Shown: piece by piece, positions 25,722 through 32,000 of the stretch
Layout: each line of letters starts with the position of its first letter
Position numbering within the stretch: position 1 is the first letter of the stretch
Source: Candidatus Arthromitus sp. SFB-rat-Yit
Lineage (GTDB): Bacteria > Bacillota > Clostridia > Clostridiales > Clostridiaceae
Length of the DNA stretch: 32,000 nt
Direction of reading: 5' to 3'
Assembly: GCF_000283555.1 (NCBI RefSeq)
Contig: NC_016012.1
Span: 1,320,001 to 1,352,000, forward strand
Translations under genes and position numbers: made by a program
Notes under the pieces: generated by a model
The model's input: only the letters and a program-made list of their open reading frames with translations
Databases searched by the model: none
Told to the model about the DNA's origin: nothing

Positions 25722-25874
25722 ATGGATCCTAGAGATCTTTGGGATGTAGAAGATATGTTTGATTTAGTTGAAAATAACCACAATAAATTTGAAAATAATA
25801 TAGAATATAGTGAGTTTGAAAATAATAAAGAAAATGATTTTTACGATTTCTCAGATGATGATTTACCATATTAA
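25722..25874 (+). CDS. Hypothetical small acidic protein (50 aa)
   Basis: Hand-found: AGGAAGGAAG SD, then ATG 25722. The product is MDPRDLWDVEDMFDLVENNHNKFENNIEYSEFENNKENDFYDFSDDDLPY, followed directly by a terminator. No family recognised. Confidence 0.35.
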   Translation: MDPRDLWDVEDMFDLVENNHNKFENNIEYSEFENNKENDFYDFSDDDLPY

Positions 25875-25905
25875 AAAGGCTAGTATAAAACTAGCCTTTT
25901 TAATT
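25873..25905. terminator. Bidirectional terminator shared by the dpaA unit and tyrS
   Basis: Stem 'aaaaggctag' (25874..25883) pairs with 'ctagcctttt' (25891..25900). It is flanked by A/T runs and overlaps the tyrS stop codon (25900..25902). Confidence 0.75.
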
Positions 25906-27120
25906 TATCAAATTTAATATGTAGAAATTTTTCTTACCTCTCTTCAAAATAACTTTTCCATCTTTAAAATGTTTTTTCTCTAATAATAAATTTGGATCAG
26001 TTATTTTCTCATCATATATAGAAACCCCACCTTGAGATATAAGTCTTCTTCCTTCAGATTTTGATGGCAATATTTTAAGACCAACTAAAATATCCAAAAA
26101 CAAATCTCCATTTTCCTGAATTTTAACATCATAATTTGGAGCACCTTCTAAATTTCCATTTCCTGAAAATAAAGCTTTTGATGCCTCTTTACACTTAATT
26201 GCCTCTTCTTCACCATGTATTATTTTAGTAACCTCAAATGCCAATACTTCCTTAGCCTTATTTATCTCAGCGTCCTCAACTTTACACAAATCTTCTATCT
26301 CATCTAATGGCAAAAATGTCAACATTTTTAATGTCTTTTCCACATCATCATCTCCAATATTTCTCCAATATTGATAGAAATCATACACAGATGTTTTTTC
26401 CTTATCAAGCCATATAGCCCCATTTTCAGTTTTACCCATTTTCTTACCATTACTTGTAAGAAGCAAATTACACGTTAAAGCATATACCTGTACTCCTCTA
26501 GTTTTCTTGATTAAATCCATACCAGCTATCATATTTGACCACTGGTCATCCCCACCAAGTTGCATTATGCAATTATATTCTTGATTTAAATATAGAAAAT
26601 CATATGCCTGCATAATCATATAATTAAACTCTATAAAGCTTAATCCTTTCTCAAGCCTTTGCTTAAAACATTCAGCTCTAAGCATATTATTTACAGAGAA
26701 CTTAGTTCCAATTTCCCTAAGGAAATTAATATAATTAAGCTTTAAAATCCAATCAGCATTATTAAGCATAATAGCATTATCATTCGAAAAATCTACAAAC
26801 TTCTTCATTTGATCTTTTATTTTACTTAAGTTATCATTTATAGTTTCATTAGATAACATTTTTCTCATATCCGTTTTACCTGTAGGATCTCCAACCACAA
26901 CAGTCCCACCACCTACAAGTACGATAGGTTTATGACCATGCTTCTGCATATGGGACATAAACATAAGTGTTACAAAATGACCTACAGTTAAACTATCCGC
27001 TGTCGGATCATATCCTATATAAAAAATTATTTTTTCATTATTTATAAGATTTCTTATCTCCTCTAAGTGCGTAGCCTGCTTAATAAAACCTCGCTTCTCT
27101 AATTCATTAAATAGATTCAT
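25900..27120 (-). CDS. tyrS: Tyrosine--tRNA ligase
   Basis: 406 aa. [16 protein letters not shown] (HIGH region), KMGKT (KMSKS-type), GGDDQWSN and a C-terminal S4-like domain ([16 protein letters not shown]). Confidence 0.95.
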   Translation of the reverse strand: MNLFNELEKRGFIKQATHLEEIRNLINNEKIIFYIGYDPTADSLTVGHFVTLMFMSHMQKHGHKPIVLVGGGTVVVGDPTGKTDMRKMLSNETINDNLSKIKDQMKKFVDFSNDNAIMLNNADWILKLNYINFLREIGTKFSVNNMLRAECFKQRLEKGLSFIEFNYMIMQAYDFLYLNQEYNCIMQLGGDDQWSNMIAGMDLIKKTRGVQVYALTCNLLLTSNGKKMGKTENGAIWLDKEKTSVYDFYQYWRNIGDDDVEKTLKMLTFLPLDEIEDLCKVEDAEINKAKEVLAFEVTKIIHGEEEAIKCKEASKALFSGNGNLEGAPNYDVKIQENGDLFLDILVGLKILPSKSEGRRLISQGGVSIYDEKITDPNLLLEKKHFKDGKVILKRGKKNFYILNLIN

Positions 27121-27154
27121 ATTAACTTCCTCTTACTTCCAAAGTATTATATTG

Positions 27155-27163
27155 ATTATATCA
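27155..27163 (-). promoter_or_regulatory. Candidate extended -10 element for tyrS
   Basis: Minus-strand TGATATAAT (TGnTATAAT). A second TATAAT lies at 27151..27146. No good -35 is present. The implied leader is under 40 nt. Confidence 0.35.
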
Positions 27164-27169
27164 TAGTTT

Positions 27170-27224
27170 ATATAAATAAAAAAGACTTTTACACATCTAT
27201 AAATATAAATGTACAAAAGTCTTT
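27170..27224 (-). terminator. Rho-independent terminator after the GH94-like gene
   Basis: Minus-strand AAAGACUUUU-GU-ACAU[loop]AUGU-GU-AAAAGUCUUU (about 16 bp with two G.U pairs), followed by UUUUUAUUUAU. Confidence 0.7.
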
Positions 27225-27234
27225 ATAAAATATG

Positions 27235-30200
27235 TTATATTGTTAAATCTATTGTTTTCATATTTTTAATTATTATAAAATCATCTTCATAATTTTCTCC
27301 ATCTATTTTCAAACATTTGTTATGACCTTTTTTCACAATAATTTCAAAATTTTCATTAAATAAATTACATTCTACCCTATAATCATCCCAAGAAGAAGGA
27401 ATATGAGGTTTTATATAAAATCCATTCTCCCTTAAATTTATACCCAAGATATCTTCAATAACTACTCTATAAAATATCGAAGAAATATAGTTAAAATCCT
27501 CATTAATTACCTTAAATAAATTATTACCCCTAAATAATAATTTATATGGAATAAAATATGGTTCAGATTTATATGAATTCACATCATTTCTACTTATTGT
27601 TCTTAATATAGGATTTAAAAAACTCATATACTTATACGCCCTATCATTCAAGTTAAGCTTAAATAATTCTCTTATAAATAACAATAATGTTTTATTATTT
27701 TGAATGCTATCGAACTCTCTTACAATATTTGTTGTTTTATCAAAATACTCTCTTATAAATCCTAACTCATCATTAACTAAATATTTTTCAATTGAACCTA
27801 TTACCTTATTAACAGTTTCATGAACAATTCCTAAAGACAATACCTGAGGCAACAAATGTATATCATTACATATTTTTTTATTTTCATTAACATTTAATTT
27901 GTTTATATAAAACTCTCCATTAAAACATTTGTTGCTAAGGAATTCTAATAAATCTTCTTTGCTTCTAATAATTACACTCTTAACATTTTCATCATGCATA
28001 CACATAGCAACATCAAAAAAAGCATCTAACGTTTTATAAAGCATAAATAATACACTAGTTTCAGTAATATCTTTTCCTATTAAAGTCCTAAATTCAGTAT
28101 ACCTATTTATAACTTTCAAACATTTATCATATATGGTTGAAGATTTAATTTCTAAATTTTTATTTTCAATACTATTTACAAATTTTATATCCATCTTCAA
28201 TAATTCAATATCTCTAGTTACTTTTATGTAATCACTAACTAAATAAACCAAACTTAATAAATCATATGGATTTGAATTTATTTCATACTCTTTACTTAAA
28301 TAACTCCATTTATCCCTAAATCTACCATCTTCATACATATTTGAAAAAACCTTAATTATATTCTTTTTACTTTTTTGGGGATCTAAATAATTATAAATTA
28401 AACATTTTTCCATCAAATCAACACATGAATTTAATTCCCCTTTATTTGAACTATTTAATAAAAACTTTTCATTATCATTTTGATGTAGAACCCATCCATT
28501 AATAAGAATATCTATAAATGCATCTTGAGTATTAATTTTAAATATTTTACATTGATTTTTAAATAATTTTTCATTTTCATCATTCATATCATCAAATAAA
28601 GTAGGATTTTTTATAAACTCATTAATCTCATAATTTATATTTTCAATATTATCATCATAACCTAAAATTGCATATACATTTTTTTCCTCATTAGCTTTTA
28701 GTTTTAAATCTCCTGAAATACATAAACATGACTCTAAAAATATTCCCGATAAATTACTCAGTTTATCTTTATACATTCCCACAGGATTAAAGTATCCTTT
28801 ATTAATACCTAAAAACTCTCTTTTACTTCCAGTAAAAGATACATTATCACAACCAAATAATTTTAAATAACTCTTTATATTACTAAAATATCTAGATAAA
28901 CTATTCTGACCATAAATATACTTCAAATCAAAATCTATATATGTATATAGATTTTTAGAATAATCATTATTAGAAGATAATAACAATGGTGCAAAATAAC
29001 ACACACTTAACGACTTATCACGTGAAGATAAATTTTTAAAATTAATTCGTATTATCTTATACTTCTTATTATCAGGTATAAAATACTTAACTTCTGTTTG
29101 TAAATCATTATATTTATTTCGTATTTTTGTATAATTGAACGAATTATAAATTATATAATCTTCACCATTACTAATAGGATTTAATGTTGGAGACCATACT
29201 ACATTACCATCTTTTATGTAAATACACTCACCTTTATAATTATAATTATCCTTACCTAATTCCTCTGTAATTAAAAATTCCTTACACTCAAAAGCCCAAG
29301 TATTAACAAATCCTTTAGATGATATAATGGTAAAAATATGCTTATTACTTAAAATATTCCTATAATAATTTGGAGTTATATTTGTATCATTTAATTTAAG
29401 TATATATTCGAAATTATTTAAATCAAATCCTCCATATGAATTATAGAATTTAAGATCATTCTTAGCTATATCATACTTTATAATATTATCATAATTAGTA
29501 ATCTCATCTGATATTTCAAATAAATACTTATTATACGGTATTGGTATATAACTATATGATGCGTCACTTCGATCATTATCTATTTCAATTAATCTATTGC
29601 TCTTATCTTCTTTTAAATTTTCTCGAAAATCTTTAATCTTAAATCCTATCTGATCATATACACTATCTCCACCGGGAACTATATGTAAATTAGAAATACT
29701 CTTTACGATATCACATGCATTTTTGTATAAACTCGATAAAATGATATATATGCCATTATCTACATTCATTTTATTTTTTAAATCATATCTCAATATAATC
29801 TTATCTATTTCATTGTCTATATTTTTATCATAGCTTATATAACTATTTAAAATTATCAAATTAACATCTAACCTATTTATTGAAAAATATGAAAAAGCTT
29901 TAATTAAAATTTCTAAATTATTTAAATCCTTGAATGAATTAATCTCTATAGATAAAATCGGTATATTAGGATTTACATTATGCGAAATTAAATCATTAAT
30001 ATTAAATCGATTATTAATAATTCTATCATCATTATTAACTCCATATATCATAGATGATGTCATATAATTAAATAAAGATAACTCTATTAATGTTATATTC
30101 AAATTAGATATCATCGATTTTAAATTATATCCATTACTCTTTAATAATCCATTTATAATACCCATGTTCTTATATTTCTCAATAGTATTATATAACTCTT

Positions 30201-32000
30201 CCTTACTCTCATTAATCGAATTTAAAAAATATACACTCAAATGATCATATGGCTCCAATTCTATTTTAGCTCTTAGGCTCATAATAGAATCACTACCATT
30301 TGAAATATAGTTCCCATAAGATGACCCTACATTCATAGAAATGGGATATTGAATTGTTCCATTTCTACCTATAAAACTTTCTTTTCTACCTTCAAACTCT
30401 ATTCTATCTAAAATATCGCCACCCGCATATATACTATGACCCATAAATAAATTGCCTTTTTCATTACCACATATACATATATTTTTATTATTAATATAAT
30501 CTATACTAGAGTTTATAATATCGCTTTCAAAATAACTGGTTATTTCTATATTTTTTCTCTGAGATGTTAAATTTTTTAATATTATTTTTCTTACTTCTAT
30601 ATTTTCATCCTTAGATACACTAATTTCGCTCGTAACATTTATTGATTTATTCTTACATGTGAATTTAATTTTATTAAAATCAAATTCACATATATAATCT
30701 AAATTATCATTTTTACAAGGTAAATATGTATTGCTAAACAACTCATTATTATCTAAATCTTTTATATAAATACTTCCCCATGAATTCTCATTAGTAAAGT
30801 CTTTACTTAACTTTGAAATATATTTATCTTTATACTTTAAATAACCTCCACCACTGCTACTCATGCATATAGAATAATCTCTATTTGAATAAATTTGCAT
30901 ATCATATAAGTTATTCTTTCTATATTTAACTACTCTTGGAATAAAATCATTTTCCAATGAATCTATACTATTTATAAAATTAAATTCTTCTTTATATTTT
31001 TTAACACATATATTTAAACTACTCTCAGTTAACAATTCTTCTACACTCTTAACATCCATAATCTCTTCAAATCTATCTTGAAATACATCATTTATTAAAA
31101 TATTTGAGAGTGCCATTAAACTCATTCCTTGATGATGTGCCATATAATTTTTTACAATAGCATATCTATCACCATTTTTCATTCTCGATTTAGTGAAATC
31201 TATAGCTTCATAGAATCCATATCTACCAAGTGCTCCTAATTTACACAAATAATTTAAATTTTTACTCGATCCTATATAATCAACCATTAGACTCATTATA
31301 CTCGAATATGGGCTAACAACTAAATTATCAAAATCTTTTTTAATCGATAAATCTGGAACACCAAATGCTCTATATTGATAATTCAATTCACTATCTAATT
31401 CATAAAAACATGACTCTGATATACCAAAAGGTATTTTATTTAAATTAGCATATTTAATCTGGGATAACACACATCCTCTATATGTATCAAAAAACATTGT
31501 TCCAGGATATTGCTTCATATATAGCATTGGCATTAAATATTCAAACATAGTCCCAGTCCAAGATAATAAGGTCTTAATTCCATTTTGTTCAATTCCATTC
31601 CTACCTAATTTAAACCAATGCTCAATTGGAAGATCCCCTTTAGCAATTCCTAAAAAACTTGCAATTCTAACTTCTGATGCCAATAAATCATAACAATTTT
31701 CATCTAACTTATCATTCTCACAATCATATCCTATAGATAATAAATTCTTACCTTCCTTATATAAAAATTTAAAATCCATTAAATTAATTTTATCAGACAA
31801 TCTGTGTATCAGAGAATATACATTATCTATCAATTTCCTTATATTATATAATATACCTGAAATCTTTATATCTACTAATTCATTTCTAACAGAAGAATTA
31901 TTATAATTTGTCTTATATTCTAGAATCCTTTTTTCCAATTCATTTAAATTAACATCTATAAATAATTGACCAAATTTATTTGCCTTAAAATTATCTATTT
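27235..32000 (-). CDS. Giant glycoside phosphorylase / cyclic beta-1,2-glucan synthase-like protein (GH94 C-terminal region). The N-terminus lies beyond the window end.
   Basis: The track ORF starts at TTG 31938, but the frame is open to base 32000 (...IDNFKANKFGQLFIDVNLNE|LEKRILEY), so it is 5'-truncated by the window. Motifs SWTGTMFEYLMPMLYM and YMAHHQGMSLMAL match the NdvB/Cgs-type and cellobiose-phosphorylase-type superfamily as I remember it. Confidence 0.6.
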   Translation of the reverse strand, partial: IDNFKANKFGQLFIDVNLNELEKRILEYKTNYNNSSVRNELVDIKISGILYNIRKLIDNVYSLIHRLSDKINLMDFKFLYKEGKNLLSIGYDCENDKLDENCYDLLASEVRIASFLGIAKGDLPIEHWFKLGRNGIEQNGIKTLLSWTGTMFEYLMPMLYMKQYPGTMFFDTYRGCVLSQIKYANLNKIPFGISESCFYELDSELNYQYRAFGVPDLSIKKDFDNLVVSPYSSIMSLMVDYIGSSKNLNYLCKLGALGRYGFYEAIDFTKSRMKNGDRYAIVKNYMAHHQGMSLMALSNILINDVFQDRFEEIMDVKSVEELLTESSLNICVKKYKEEFNFINSIDSLENDFIPRVVKYRKNNLYDMQIYSNRDYSICMSSSGGGYLKYKDKYISKLSKDFTNENSWGSIYIKDLDNNELFSNTYLPCKNDNLDYICEFDFNKIKFTCKNKSINVTSEISVSKDENIEVRKIILKNLTSQRKNIEITSYFESDIINSSIDYINNKNICICGNEKGNLFMGHSIYAGGDILDRIEFEGRKESFIGRNGTIQYPISMNVGSSYGNYISNGSDSIMSLRAKIELEPYDHLSVYFLNSINESKEELYNTIEKYKNMGIINGLLKSNGYNLKSMISNLNITLIELSLFNYMTSSMIYGVNNDDRIINNRFNINDLISHNVNPNIPILSIEINSFKDLNNLEILIKAFSYFSINRLDVNLIILNSYISYDKNIDNEIDKIILRYDLKNKMNVDNGIYIILSSLYKNACDIVKSISNLHIVPGGDSVYDQIGFKIKDFRENLKEDKSNRLIEIDNDRSDASYSYIPIPYNKYLFEISDEITNYDNIIKYDIAKNDLKFYNSYGGFDLNNFEYILKLNDTNITPNYYRNILSNKHIFTIISSKGFVNTWAFECKEFLITEELGKDNYNYKGECIYIKDGNVVWSPTLNPISNGEDYIIYNSFNYTKIRNKYNDLQTEVKYFIPDNKKYKIIRINFKNLSSRDKSLSVCYFAPLLLSSNNDYSKNLYTYIDFDLKYIYGQNSLSRYFSNIKSYLKLFGCDNVSFTGSKREFLGINKGYFNPVGMYKDKLSNLSGIFLESCLCISGDLKLKANEEKNVYAILGYDDNIENINYEINEFIKNPTLFDDMNDENEKLFKNQCKIFKINTQDAFIDILINGWVLHQNDNEKFLLNSSNKGELNSCVDLMEKCLIYNYLDPQKSKKNIIKVFSNMYEDGRFRDKWSYLSKEYEINSNPYDLLSLVYLVSDYIKVTRDIELLKMDIKFVNSIENKNLEIKSSTIYDKCLKVINRYTEFRTLIGKDITETSVLFMLYKTLDAFFDVAMCMHDENVKSVIIRSKEDLLEFLSNKCFNGEFYINKLNVNENKKICNDIHLLPQVLSLGIVHETVNKVIGSIEKYLVNDELGFIREYFDKTTNIVREFDSIQNNKTLLLFIRELFKLNLNDRAYKYMSFLNPILRTISRNDVNSYKSEPYFIPYKLLFRGNNLFKVINEDFNYISSIFYRVVIEDILGINLRENGFYIKPHIPSSWDDYRVECNLFNENFEIIVKKGHNKCLKIDGENYEDDFIIIKNMKTIDLTI

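Noticed and set aside
1-32000. Mobile element, prophage or defence island somewhere in the window
   Set aside because: No integrase, transposase, recombinase, terminal inverted repeats, tRNA attachment site, restriction-modification, toxin-antitoxin or cas-like genes were seen. By eye the composition is uniformly AT-rich throughout.

Overview
This is a very AT-rich chromosomal window (roughly a quarter G+C by eye, not computed). The codon usage and gene content look like a low-GC, spore-forming Firmicute (Clostridia-like). Most of it is housekeeping and tightly packed: leuS, trpS, tyrS, prfC, a RelQ-type small alarmone synthetase, a GGDEF cyclase, a metallophosphoesterase, a HesB/IscA protein, a SWIM+SNF2 helicase, dpaA, a LacI regulator, and a minus-strand operon of nucleoid-associated-like protein, M3 peptidase, alpha/beta hydrolase and PepF. 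There is also an M28-like exported protein and the C-terminal >1580 aa of a giant GH94 / cyclic-beta-1,2-glucan-synthase-like protein that runs off the right edge. I saw no rRNA, tRNA, CRISPR array, transposase, integrase or phage genes, and no convincing defence island. The least explained region is the left 3.5 kb. It holds two tandem, co-oriented paralogous genes; the first is absent from the ORF track because it runs off the window. Each encodes an N-terminal signal-like segment, 300-400 aa of Ser/Thr/Asn/Gly/Lys/Pro low complexity built from in-frame tandem repeats, a TM-like segment and a Gln/Met/Glu coiled coil. In the complete copy these are followed by six exact-period 15-aa 'DGSGYYDKDGNF' repeats and an unassigned C-terminal domain. 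Secondary observations are: an M28 homolog with most metal and catalytic residues substituted; an alpha/beta hydrolase that needs a non-canonical ATT/ATA start; an orphan dpaA with no dpaB; a zinc-ribbon/trpS transcription unit with a structured leader and an internal terminator; three aaRS genes without room for T-box leaders; and a phosphoesterase co-transcribed with relQ next to a GGDEF gene. All calls rest on hand translation and remembered family motifs. No searches were run.
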